Below are positions 50,905 through 60,308 of a DNA stretch of 64,000 nt, in pieces. Position 1 is the first letter of the stretch, and every line of letters begins with the position of its first letter. The stretch is from positions 2,013 through 66,012 of the forward strand of contig JAFQPO010000008.1 of NCBI GenBank assembly GCA_017411715.1, in the 5' to 3' direction. Both the position numbers and the translations under genes were made by a program. Source of the DNA: Bacilli bacterium. Lineage in GTDB: Bacteria; Bacillota_I; Bacilli_A; ML615J-28; CAG-313. Below the pieces are notes generated by a model. It searched no databases. It was given only the letters and a program-made list of their open reading frames with translations, and had not been told where the DNA came from.

Positions 50905-51864
50905 CTACCTTTCTTCTCGATAATAATTAACACCTAAAGATGCAGGTGGCTGACTGTTCTTTTTATTCAATATTGAAGTAACAATTAAAACAATAATTGT
51001 TACTAAATATGGAACAATTTCAAATAATTTAATTTGCGCTGGAGTAATATTAATAAATGATCTTAAAATATATAATCCACCAAAGACAATTGAACCAATA
51101 ATACTAATACCAGGTTTCCACATTGAGAAGATAACAAGTGCAACTGACATCCACCCAAACGCTTCAATTGAAGCTTCAACAAAAGTTGTTCCTCCTGTTC
51201 TATCCATTACATAGTATAATCCACCAAGACCAGCAATCCCTGAACCAACTAGAATTGCCATATATTTATATAATGTAACATTTATCCCTTGCGCATCAGC
51301 AGTTTGAGGAGATTCACCAATACTTCTTAAGAATAACCCTCTTCTTGTTTTATTTAAAAACAATGTTACTAAAACCGCAATAATAATTGATAAATAAACT
51401 AAAATGCCATGTGATAAGAATATTTCACCAAACCATCCTAGTTTGTCATAATTAACAAATAATTTGCTGATGCTTCTACTAGCAGTAGTTAAATTTGATT
51501 GATCAATATTTGAACCAATAAATTTCATACAACCAACACCAAAAGTTGTTAAGGCAAGACCAGTAACATTTTGGTTTGCTTGAAAACTAACTGTTAATAT
51601 TGCATAAATTAATCCTCCAAGAGCAGCAAATAAAAACGCAAATGTCATTGAGAAAATTATTAAAAGCCAGCCCATAATATTTTCAACTGTAAAAAGTGAT
51701 ATATATGTATTAACACCTATTACACCGCCTAATGCACCTAAGCACATTATGCCAGGAATTCCTAAATTAAGATTACCAACTTTTTCAATTAGGGTTTCAC
51801 CAATGGCACCATATAAATATACAATCCCCATCGAAATAGCGGCAGCTAGAAATGCTACTAACAT
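50905..51864 (-). CDS. ABC transporter permease, nucleoside (BMP-family system), NupQ/YufQ-like
   Basis: 319-aa polytopic permease in an operon with a BMP lipoprotein and a double-ATPase. Confidence 0.85.
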   Translation of the reverse strand: MLVAFLAAAISMGIVYLYGAIGETLIEKVGNLNLGIPGIMCLGALGGVIGVNTYISLFTVENIMGWLLIIFSMTFAFLFAALGGLIYAILTVSFQANQNVTGLALTTFGVGCMKFIGSNIDQSNLTTASRSISKLFVNYDKLGWFGEIFLSHGILVYLSIIIAVLVTLFLNKTRRGLFLRSIGESPQTADAQGINVTLYKYMAILVGSGIAGLGGLYYVMDRTGGTTFVEASIEAFGWMSVALVIFSMWKPGISIIGSIVFGGLYILRSFINITPAQIKLFEIVPYLVTIIVLIVTSILNKKNSQPPASLGVNYYREER

Positions 51865-53030
51865 TGTCCTTCACCACCTTTTTTACCATTTAATAACTCA
51901 CCAAAGATTAATTTATATAAAGTACTTTGAGAATTTAATTTTAGCTTGAAACGAATAAAGAATTCACAAATTAAAATAGAGAAAAATAATAATCCAATTA
52001 TTACATTTGAAATATCATTATTTCCAAGTTTGTAAACTGATGATATTTTTGAAGTACCAGAAGATAAAAATACTAATACGAATGAAATACCAGCAATAAT
52101 TATAGGTGAAAAATTAGCAAGCCATGCAACTAAAACACCAGTAAATCCTAAAGAACCACAAGTATTAGCAGAAATTGAATGATTAATTGATGATGCATAA
52201 ATAAAACCAATAATACCACAAATTGCCCCTGATAAACAAATAGTTCTAATTATAATTTTCTTTGTATTCATTCCTACATATTTTGCGGTATTAATACTGT
52301 CACCAACAACACTAATTTCATAACCATGTTTTGTTTTTTTCATATAGAAATAAACAAATACTGTAATTAAAATAATAATCACAATTGCAATAAAATATTT
52401 ATCAACAATAGTTGGTAACCAACCAGATTTAGAAGTTAAATTAATAATTCCAGGTGATTCTTCTTTTCCTTTTGCAAGTATATAGTTAACATATCCAACA
52501 ATCCCACTTGCAACATAGTTCATCATTAATGTAAATAATGTTTCATTTGTATTAAAATATACTTTAAAGATTGCAGGTATCACAGCCCATAAAATACTAA
52601 CAGCAATGCTTGATACTAACATTAATACAATTAATAAAATGTTATTAAATGTACTTTTTGACGCAAAATCATTTAAATAGAACATTAAGATAATTGAAAT
52701 TAATGCTCCCATCAATACTTGCCCATTAGCACCCATATTCCAGTATTTCATTTTGAAAGCAGGAACAATTGCAATAGCAAATGCCAATAATAAGCACACA
52801 TCCATTGCTAGTTTCCATGGTCGATTAGTAGCACCTGTAAAAAAAGTACTCATCATTTTAATATAACCATCATCACTTTTCTTACTTACTGTTGCATAAC
52901 AAATAAACATCGCCAAAATAAAAGTTATTATAAAAGCTAAAACACGGATAATAATTGATTTATAAAGAGGTAAATCATCTCTTTTAATTATCGAAAATAA
53001 TGGAGCATGAGTTTTCTTATTTTCATTCAT
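51858..53030 (-). CDS. ABC transporter permease, nucleoside (BMP-family system), NupP/YufP-like
   Basis: 390-aa polytopic permease whose stop overlaps the next gene's start. Confidence 0.85.
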   Translation of the reverse strand: MNENKKTHAPLFSIIKRDDLPLYKSIIIRVLAFIITFILAMFICYATVSKKSDDGYIKMMSTFFTGATNRPWKLAMDVCLLLAFAIAIVPAFKMKYWNMGANGQVLMGALISIILMFYLNDFASKSTFNNILLIVLMLVSSIAVSILWAVIPAIFKVYFNTNETLFTLMMNYVASGIVGYVNYILAKGKEESPGIINLTSKSGWLPTIVDKYFIAIVIIILITVFVYFYMKKTKHGYEISVVGDSINTAKYVGMNTKKIIIRTICLSGAICGIIGFIYASSINHSISANTCGSLGFTGVLVAWLANFSPIIIAGISFVLVFLSSGTSKISSVYKLGNNDISNVIIGLLFFSILICEFFIRFKLKLNSQSTLYKLIFGELLNGKKGGEGQC

Positions 53031-54619
53031 TATTTACCTACCTCCTTGTTATCAATTAATGAATCTGGTGCAAAACCATAATTCTTTTCAGGATATAATT
53101 CCATTAAATTTTTACTACCTGTCATCATCAAACCAATTTCTTCTTTAGTTGTGTTTTTGGTATGAATGATTCCCATATTACGACCTTCGCAAAGTACCAT
53201 AATTTTATCACAAAAAGCTAATAATACGTCTAAGTCTTCACCGACAAATAAAATAGCAGTATTTTTAGCTTTTTCTTCATTTAAAATATCATATATCATA
53301 TATGAAGAATTTATATCTAATCCTCTAACTGGATAAGCAGTTATAATTACATTAGGATCGGTTCCGATTTCACGTCCTAATAAAATCTTTTGAATATTAC
53401 CACCACTTAAGTTTTTAACTGGTGTATCAACAGACTCAGTCTGTACATTATATCTTTCAATCACTCCTAAAGCTTCTTTTTTAGCATCTTTTCGATTTAC
53501 AAAAATACCTTTACTCTTTTGATAACTTTTTAGTAACATATTATCAACAATTGATAAATTAGGAGCAAGTCCAAGTCCAAGTCGGTCCTCAGGAATAAAA
53601 CTCATTCTAATTCCTATTTCTTTAATCTTCTCAGGAGTATAGCCAACAATAGATTCTCCAAAGTGAGAAATATTACCCTTATAATGTCTTAAGCCAACAA
53701 TAGCTTCACAAAGTTCTTTTTGCCCACAACCAGCAATCCCCGCAACACCTAAGATTTGCCCACCTCTTAAGAAGAAATTCAAATCTTTAATAGCAGGTGT
53801 ACCATCATCTTTTAAAACATTTAAACCTCTTATTTCTAAAGTTGGCACAGTTGCTTCTTTTCTTAATCTTTCTAATTTTAAATCAACTTTATTACCAACC
53901 ATATAATTAGTAAGTTCACGTTCATCAGTTTCTTTAGTAATTAATGTTCCAATATATTCACCTTTACGAAGAATTGATACACGGTCTGATATACTCAAAA
54001 CTTCATTTAATTTATGAGTAATAATAATAATTGATTTGTTATCATCACGCATTTTACGAATGATATCAAATAATCTATCAATTTCTTGAATAGTTAAAAC
54101 GGCAGTTGGCTCATCCAAAATTAAAATATCAACATTACGATATAAAACTTTAATAATTTCAACAGTTTGTTTTTCGGATACTGACATATCATGAATTTTC
54201 TTCTTTAAGTCAATTTTAAAACCATATTTATCAGCAATATTAGTAGCTTTTTCAAGAGCTTCTTTTAAACTAAGTTTATCTTTTAAACCCAAGATAATAT
54301 TTTCAATTGCTGTAAAAGTATCAACAAGTTTAAAGTGTTGGTGTACCATTCCAATCCCATATTCAAAAGCATCTTTTGGAGAATGAATATTAGCAAGTTT
54401 ATTGTTAATATATATTTCGCCTTCATCTGGTGTATATATTCCTGATAAAACATTCATTAAAGTTGTCTTACCAGAACCATTTTCTCCTAAGATTGATAAG
54501 ATTTCGCCTTCATATAAACTAATATTGATATTTTTATTAGCATATATACCTTTGAAGTGTTTGCTAATATTTCTTAGTTCTAATTTAATTTTTTTCGAAT
54601 TAAGTTGATTATTTTCCAT
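53030..54619 (-). CDS. ABC transporter ATP-binding protein with duplicated ATPase domains (NupO/YufO-like)
   Basis: 529 aa with two ABC cassettes (Walker A GENGSGKTT, a second signature LSGGNIQK, Walker B LILDEPT). Confidence 0.9.
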   Translation of the reverse strand: MENNQLNSKKIKLELRNISKHFKGIYANKNINISLYEGEILSILGENGSGKTTLMNVLSGIYTPDEGEIYINNKLANIHSPKDAFEYGIGMVHQHFKLVDTFTAIENIILGLKDKLSLKEALEKATNIADKYGFKIDLKKKIHDMSVSEKQTVEIIKVLYRNVDILILDEPTAVLTIQEIDRLFDIIRKMRDDNKSIIIITHKLNEVLSISDRVSILRKGEYIGTLITKETDERELTNYMVGNKVDLKLERLRKEATVPTLEIRGLNVLKDDGTPAIKDLNFFLRGGQILGVAGIAGCGQKELCEAIVGLRHYKGNISHFGESIVGYTPEKIKEIGIRMSFIPEDRLGLGLAPNLSIVDNMLLKSYQKSKGIFVNRKDAKKEALGVIERYNVQTESVDTPVKNLSGGNIQKILLGREIGTDPNVIITAYPVRGLDINSSYMIYDILNEEKAKNTAILFVGEDLDVLLAFCDKIMVLCEGRNMGIIHTKNTTKEEIGLMMTGSKNLMELYPEKNYGFAPDSLIDNKEVGK

Positions 54620-54693
54620 AATATACTCCTATGAAAATTCTTATTTAAATGTAGAAAGGCAGAATTTAAATTCTGCCTTTATTACATTATCTA

Positions 54694-55878
54694 TTATTTA
54701 AGTTCAGTAATTCCATCAATTCTTATATCAAAGTATGGAGCAGAACGATGTTCAGATTCATGGAAATATCCATTTGCGATTGCTTCTGTATCTTTAGCAT
54801 AGTCAGCATCTGAATCAACATCAGCTAAATAACTTGTTAGTGTTTGGCCATTTTCTGTAAAGTTAGCAGTATCAAATACATGTAAAGTACCAGCTACTAA
54901 TTGTGCTTTTGCTGCTTCGATAGCTTCAGCAGCACCTGCTGGAGCATTCTTACCAAGTTCACAAAGTTGTACTGAACCTGTAGCAAGAGTACCAGTATAG
55001 TCTTTAGCACTAACATTAGTACCATTCATTTTTGCTCTAATCATTTCTACATAATATGGAGTCCAATCAATTTTACTAGCAACTAAATAAGTTTCAGGAC
55101 ATTTAGAAGCTGTAGAGCCATTATATGCAACGTTAGGAACACCTAATTTTTCGCATGCTTCTGGAGCACCATAAGAGTCAGCATGTTGACTAATTAATAC
55201 ACATTTATCTGTACTAATTAAAGCTTCAGCAGCAGATTTTTCTAAGTCATAATCATACCAAGTTGAAGTATATCTAACTTTCATTGTAACAGATGGGCAA
55301 ACAGATTTTGCTCCTAAATAGAATGCAGTATAACCAGAAACTACTTCTGCATATGGATGTGCACCAACATAACCCATAATAGCTTGTTCTGGTGTAATTT
55401 CTTTTGCTTGAATCATTTCATTTAATTTCATACCAGCAACAATACCAGCAAGATATCTACCTTCATAGATTGATGCGAAAGCGTTGAAATAATTATCTAA
55501 GTTTGCAGTATGAGCTTTAGTACCTGTAGAATGACAGAACCAAACATCTTCATTTTCCATAGCTGCTTGAATCATATAATCTTCGTGACCAAATGAATCA
55601 GCAAAAACGATATCACAAGTTTCAGCAAGTTCAGCTGCTTTTTCATAACAAGCATTGTCTTCAGCAATGCCTGTAACTAATTCTAATTGATCAGCTTCTA
55701 AACCAAGTTCAGCTACTGCACGATGCATAGAATCAATAAAGTTTTTATCATAAGTAGAACTATCATCGTGTAAACAAATTAAACCAACTTTAAATTTCTT
55801 TTCTTCGTCTCCTCCGCCACATGCTACTAGACATACAGCTAATAAAACTACAACTAATACATTAAATAACTTTTTCAT
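54694..55878 (-). CDS. BMP-family (PnrA/Med-like) nucleoside-binding lipoprotein
   Basis: Lipobox LVACGGG and a BMP-family substrate-binding fold. First gene after xpt. Confidence 0.85.
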   Translation of the reverse strand: MKKLFNVLVVVLLAVCLVACGGGDEEKKFKVGLICLHDDSSTYDKNFIDSMHRAVAELGLEADQLELVTGIAEDNACYEKAAELAETCDIVFADSFGHEDYMIQAAMENEDVWFCHSTGTKAHTANLDNYFNAFASIYEGRYLAGIVAGMKLNEMIQAKEITPEQAIMGYVGAHPYAEVVSGYTAFYLGAKSVCPSVTMKVRYTSTWYDYDLEKSAAEALISTDKCVLISQHADSYGAPEACEKLGVPNVAYNGSTASKCPETYLVASKIDWTPYYVEMIRAKMNGTNVSAKDYTGTLATGSVQLCELGKNAPAGAAEAIEAAKAQLVAGTLHVFDTANFTENGQTLTSYLADVDSDADYAKDTEAIANGYFHESEHRSAPYFDIRIDGITELK

Positions 55879-55889
55879 AATTCCTCCGT

Positions 55890-56459
55890 TTATTCGTTAA
55901 ATTGTATTATATTACTAGTCATAGCTTTAATACTTGCTAAAGCCACAACTTTGTAACCTTTGTTTCTAAGAGTGTTACCTCCGTTTTGATATTCTTTTTC
56001 AATTTGAACACAACATCCAACAACTTTAGCACCACAGCTTTCAACAACTTCAATTAAACCTGTAAGCGCCCCACCATTTGCTAAAAAGTCATCAACAATT
56101 AATACTTTATCTTCTTTGTTAATGTATTCTTTAGGAACAAAAATAACATTATCGTCATTGTGGGTATATGAATGTACTTTAGCAGTTACTAATTCACCAG
56201 AAAGATTTGCGGTTTTAGATTTTTTAGCAAATACAAAAGGCACACCATATTCTGCTGCAACCATGCAAGCAAAGGCAATTCCTGATGCTTCGAGAGTTAA
56301 AACTTTAGTTATTTCTTCATTAAATAGTTTTTTAGTTTCTTTTGCCATATCTACTAATAACTTAGTATCGACTTGATGATTCAAAAAACTTCCTACTTTC
56401 AAGATATCATTATCTAATATCTTTCCATCTCTAATAATTCTTTGTTCAAGTTCTTTCAT
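55890..56459 (-). CDS. xpt: Xanthine phosphoribosyltransferase
   Basis: 189 aa, Xpt family (MKELEQRI..DG.IL..DILKV..FLNHQ.D, PRTase motif VLIVDDFLANGGA). Confidence 0.9.
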   Translation of the reverse strand: MKELEQRIIRDGKILDNDILKVGSFLNHQVDTKLLVDMAKETKKLFNEEITKVLTLEASGIAFACMVAAEYGVPFVFAKKSKTANLSGELVTAKVHSYTHNDDNVIFVPKEYINKEDKVLIVDDFLANGGALTGLIEVVESCGAKVVGCCVQIEKEYQNGGNTLRNKGYKVVALASIKAMTSNIIQFNE

Positions 56460-56482
56460 AACGGCCTCACAAAAATAAAAAA

Positions 56483-56620
56483 ATCGATAGTTTTAAACTA
56501 CCGAAAAACAAAAAATTTGCACATATAAAATGTACATCATTTATAGTTTTTCCAATAGTCGTATTTAGGCAATACGGTAGAAACTCCTTCGCCATTTAAT
56601 GAAGGTATATATTGGATATT
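56483..56620 (-). ncRNA. Guanine (purine) riboswitch, aptamer ~56552-56615 plus terminator ~56483-56506
   Basis: The minus-strand RNA reads CCAAUAUAUA-CCUUCAUUAAAUGGCGAAGG-AGUUUCUACC-GUAUUGCCUAAAUAC-GAC-UAUUGG. This gives P1, a P2 hairpin, the invariant J2-3 AGUUUCUACC, a P3 hairpin and J3-1 GAC with the guanine-specifying C. It is followed by terminator cggtagttt/aaactatcg plus a U-run just before xpt. Confidence 0.75.
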
Positions 56621-56683
56621 TACACGAATATTATATCACTACTGTTTTTTAAACGCTATTAATTTAATATTGAAAACGTTTTT

Positions 56684-56716
56684 GAAAAAAAGTGAGACGC
56701 AAAGTCTCACTTTTTA
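56684..56716. terminator. Bidirectional terminator after the OadG-like ORF
   Basis: Stem agtgagac/gtctcact with loop gcaaa, flanked by A8 and T5. It lies immediately after the small ORF's stop at 56717-19. Confidence 0.55.
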
Positions 56717-56842
56717 TTACTTATTTTTAGGTTGAGTAAGTTTTACTAGAATCATTGTTGCAATGCAAATTAGTACCATTGCGATTAAAACAGATCCCAT
56801 ACCTTTCCATAATAACTCTAAAGCTTTTAATACGTTATCCAT
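56717..56842 (-). CDS. Small membrane peptide, OadG-like (decarboxylase gamma/delta subunit family), 41 aa. Not in supplied ORF track
   Basis: Reverse-strand ORF MDNVLKALELLWKGMGSVLIAMVLICIATMILVKLTQPKNK with RBS AGGAGG 5 nt upstream. It starts 9 nt after the oadB stop and ends at the terminator. It fits the OadG family pattern L..G..LM..GMG.V..FL.L. Confidence 0.5.
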   Translation of the reverse strand: MDNVLKALELLWKGMGSVLIAMVLICIATMILVKLTQPKNK

Positions 56843-56851
56843 AGTAACCTC

Positions 56852-58000
56852 CTACATCATCATTGGTACTAGTGTTAAAATAACACCACCAGCTACAACT
56901 GATGCAATTTGTCCCGCAACATTAGCTCCCGCTGCATGCATTAATAAATGGTTTTCAGGGTCAGCTTCAAGACCTAGTTTTTGTACTACACGACATGACA
57001 TTGGGAAAGCAGAAATACCAGCTGCACCAATCATTGGATTAATCTTCTTCTTAGAGAATAAATTAATTAATTTACCGAATAATACACCACCAATTGTGTC
57101 AAATACAAACGCAACAAGACCTAGCCCCATAATTAATAAAGTATCCCATTGAACAAAGGCATCAGCTTTCATAGTTGAAGCAATTGTAATACCTAGTAAT
57201 AATGTAACTAAGTTAGTAAGAATATTACTAGCTGTATCAGTTAAATTATCTAAAACACCACATTCTTTAATTAAGTTACCAAACATTAAGAAACCTACTA
57301 AAGAAATTGATGATGGAGCAATTAAGCCCGCAATAAATGTTACAACGATAGGAAAAATAATTCTTGTTCTTTTGCTGATATTTTTAGGATTGTATTCCAT
57401 TCTAATTTGACGTTCTTTTTTAGTTGTACATAATTTAATAGCAATTGGTTGAATAATTGGTACGAGTGCCATATAACTATATGCAGCTACCGCAATTGGC
57501 CCTATGTAATTACTCTTAAGTACTTGTGATACTAAAATTGAAGTAGGTCCATCAGCAGCACCAATAATACCGATTGACGCAGCATCTTGAATATTATATC
57601 CAAGTAAAGAAGCTAAAAGTAAAGTTAAGAAAATACCAATTTGGGCAACACCACCAAAAATCATTAATTTTGGATTAGCTAAAATTGGACCAAAATCCAT
57701 CATTGCGCCAATACCTATAAATAATAATAATGGCATAGCTTCACTTGCTTCTAGGCCAGTCTCAAATAACCAGTCAATAATACCTGTTACTTCACCAAAG
57801 CCAGGAATAGTTTGCGTAATTGCACCTGAGGCAGGAATGTTAACTAAGATAGCTCCAAATCCCATTGGTAAAAGTAATGCAGGTTCTAGTTTTTTTGTAA
57901 TTGCTAAATAGATTAAAACGATACCAACAATATACATGATAATTTCTTGGTATCCTAAGGCTCTAATACCATCTAATAAAAAATCCATATGTTCCTCCAT
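56852..58000 (-). CDS. Sodium-ion-translocating decarboxylase beta subunit (OadB/GcdB/MmdB family)
   Basis: 382 aa, about 9-10 TM segments, with high similarity to the OadB family throughout (DWLFETGL, GIGAMMDFGPILANP, the conserved D/N/S membrane motifs). Confidence 0.9.
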   Translation of the reverse strand: MEEHMDFLLDGIRALGYQEIIMYIVGIVLIYLAITKKLEPALLLPMGFGAILVNIPASGAITQTIPGFGEVTGIIDWLFETGLEASEAMPLLLFIGIGAMMDFGPILANPKLMIFGGVAQIGIFLTLLLASLLGYNIQDAASIGIIGAADGPTSILVSQVLKSNYIGPIAVAAYSYMALVPIIQPIAIKLCTTKKERQIRMEYNPKNISKRTRIIFPIVVTFIAGLIAPSSISLVGFLMFGNLIKECGVLDNLTDTASNILTNLVTLLLGITIASTMKADAFVQWDTLLIMGLGLVAFVFDTIGGVLFGKLINLFSKKKINPMIGAAGISAFPMSCRVVQKLGLEADPENHLLMHAAGANVAGQIASVVAGGVILTLVPMMM

Positions 58001-58050
58001 TTTATACTATTATCTTTAGTATTATAACACAATTTTACTTTTTCTTCAAT

Positions 58051-58602
58051 CTATAAACTACTAATTCTTTTAATAACTTCTTCTATTTTTTGTGCATATT
58101 CAAAACATTTTTTATCATCATCATGACAATTTGGTATATGAATAAAAATTGATTTTTCTGGGTAATTATAAAGCATATGATAATATAGATTATTACATAC
58201 AAATTTTCCGGCATCTTCTGATATTTTAACATCTAGTTTATCAATTAAAACTTTAGTCTCAATCATATCAGGTGCATCTTTAATAATTACCTCATTTTGT
58301 TTTAAATTACCCAAATTATCAGCAATACTACAAGAAGAAATATTTCTAGCTATTTTTTCAATCATTAATTCTTCTCTCATTCTTGCCTCGCCCATACAAA
58401 TTATTAGATCATATTTATCAAGGTTTAAATTTTTTTCTAAATCATTAAAACATTCATCATATACTACATCAAGAATTACTTTATCAACATTTTTAATATA
58501 TTTAAGTACTTCTAAGGAATAATTGTTAACTGATTTGTTAAAAGGTTTAAAAGCTGTAACTAATACCATTTTATCCTCCTCGTATAATATAAAGGATGCC
58601 AA
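58051..58602 (-). CDS. pcp: Pyroglutamyl-peptidase I (pyrrolidone-carboxylate peptidase)
   Basis: N-terminus MVLVTAFKPF, a Glu region (IEKIARN), the catalytic Cys context GKFVCNNLYYHML and the His context FIHIP. These match the Pcp catalytic triad layout. The start is probably an internal Met. Confidence 0.7.
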   Translation of the reverse strand: MASFILYEEDKMVLVTAFKPFNKSVNNYSLEVLKYIKNVDKVILDVVYDECFNDLEKNLNLDKYDLIICMGEARMREELMIEKIARNISSCSIADNLGNLKQNEVIIKDAPDMIETKVLIDKLDVKISEDAGKFVCNNLYYHMLYNYPEKSIFIHIPNCHDDDKKCFEYAQKIEEVIKRISSL

Positions 58603-58613
58603 GAGGCATCCTT

Positions 58614-60296
58614 TTAAAATAATCCAATTGTTTTTCCATCAACTACATCCATATTATTAGCAGCAGGTACTTTTGGTAAGCCAGGCATTGTCATAATGTC
58701 ACCACTTAAAGCAACAATAAATCCTGCCCCAATTGATGGTTTTAATTCACGAATAGTAACTGTGAACCCACTAGGACGTGCCAATAATTTTGGATTGTCT
58801 GATAATGAATATTGTGTTTTAGCAATACAGATTGGTAAATTATCCCAACCATTTTTCTTTAAAGCAGCCATTTGATTCTTAGCAGTTGTTGTAAATTCAA
58901 CTGCTTCTGCTCCATATATTTCTTTACAGATAGTTGTGATCTTTTCTTTAATTGATAAATTAGAATCATAAATAGGAGCAAAATGTTCACTACCATCATG
59001 TAATTCAATTTCTTTAACAACCTTTTCTGCAAGCTCAATTCCACCAAGGCTACCTTTAGCAAATACTTCTGATAATGCTACTGGATGATTATTAACTTTT
59101 GCCCAGTTAGTTAAAGCTTCAACTTCTTTTTCTGTATCACTACCAAAGCGGTTAATTGCTACTACGTATGGAAGATTGTATTTACCAATATTTTCAATAT
59201 GTTTTTCTAAATTAGTAATGCCTTTTAATAAAGCTTCAACATTTTCAGTTTGTAAGTCTTTTTTATCAACTCCACCATGCATTTTTAAAGCTCTGATAGT
59301 CGCAACAATTACTACACAAGAAGGTTTTAAATTAGCCATACGACATTTAATATCTAAGAACTTTTCAGCTCCTAAATCAGCTCCAAAACCTGCTTCAGTT
59401 ACAACATAGTCTGCCATTTTTAAAGCAGTTTTTGTTGCGATAACTGAGTTACATCCATGAGCGATATTAGCGAAAGGTCCCCCATGAATTAAAGCTGGCG
59501 TGTGTTCTAATGTTTGAACTAAATTTGGCATTAAAGCATCTTTCATAATTAAAGTAATCGCACCAGTTGCTTTTAAGTCATTAACAGTTACTGGTTTCTT
59601 ATCATAAGTATAAGCAACAACCATTCGGCCAATACGAACTTTAAAATCTTCCAAAGAACTCGCAAGACATAAAATCGCCATTACTTCAGATGCTACTGTT
59701 ATATCAAAATGATCTTCACGAGGTACACCATTAGAACTTCCACCAAGACCAACTACAACATTTCGTAATGCACGATCATTCATATCTAAGCAGCGATGTA
59801 AAATAATTCTTGTTGGATCAATTCCTAATTCATTACCTTGATGAATGTGATTATCAAGCATTGCGGCAATCGCATTTGTTGCGGTTGTAATAGCATGTAA
59901 ATCACCTGTGAAATGAAGGTTGATATCTTCCATTGGAATTACTTGGGCATATCCGCCTCCAGCAGCACCACCTTTCACCCCCATAACAGGTCCAAAGCTT
60001 GGTTCGCGAAGTGCAACAATTGTATTTTTACCAATTTTATTCATAGCATCAGCTAAACCAATCGTTGTAGTTGATTTACCTTCACCAGCCGGTGTTGGGT
60101 TAATTGCGGTAACTAAAATTAGTTTAGCATCTTTTCTATCACTATTTAATTTATCAAGATGAATTTTAGCCTTATATCGACCATATAATTCTAAATCATC
60201 CATTGTTAAATTAACTTTTTTAGCAATTTCTAGAATATTTAAAATTTCCGCACGTTGAGCAATTTCTAAATCACTTAACATAGAGAGCACCTCCAT
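58614..60296 (-). CDS. fhs: Formate--tetrahydrofolate ligase
   Basis: 560 aa with [15 protein letters not shown] and FTHS family similarity throughout. Confidence 0.95.
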   Translation of the reverse strand: MEVLSMLSDLEIAQRAEILNILEIAKKVNLTMDDLELYGRYKAKIHLDKLNSDRKDAKLILVTAINPTPAGEGKSTTTIGLADAMNKIGKNTIVALREPSFGPVMGVKGGAAGGGYAQVIPMEDINLHFTGDLHAITTATNAIAAMLDNHIHQGNELGIDPTRIILHRCLDMNDRALRNVVVGLGGSSNGVPREDHFDITVASEVMAILCLASSLEDFKVRIGRMVVAYTYDKKPVTVNDLKATGAITLIMKDALMPNLVQTLEHTPALIHGGPFANIAHGCNSVIATKTALKMADYVVTEAGFGADLGAEKFLDIKCRMANLKPSCVVIVATIRALKMHGGVDKKDLQTENVEALLKGITNLEKHIENIGKYNLPYVVAINRFGSDTEKEVEALTNWAKVNNHPVALSEVFAKGSLGGIELAEKVVKEIELHDGSEHFAPIYDSNLSIKEKITTICKEIYGAEAVEFTTTAKNQMAALKKNGWDNLPICIAKTQYSLSDNPKLLARPSGFTVTIRELKPSIGAGFIVALSGDIMTMPGLPKVPAANNMDVVDGKTIGLF

Positions 60297-60308
60297 TTTT
60301 AATTTTTA

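Noticed and set aside
56763-57152. 129-aa plus-strand ORF in the supplied track
   Set aside because: Antisense to the highly conserved oadB beta-subunit gene and to the small OadG-like ORF, with no RBS. Treated as spurious.
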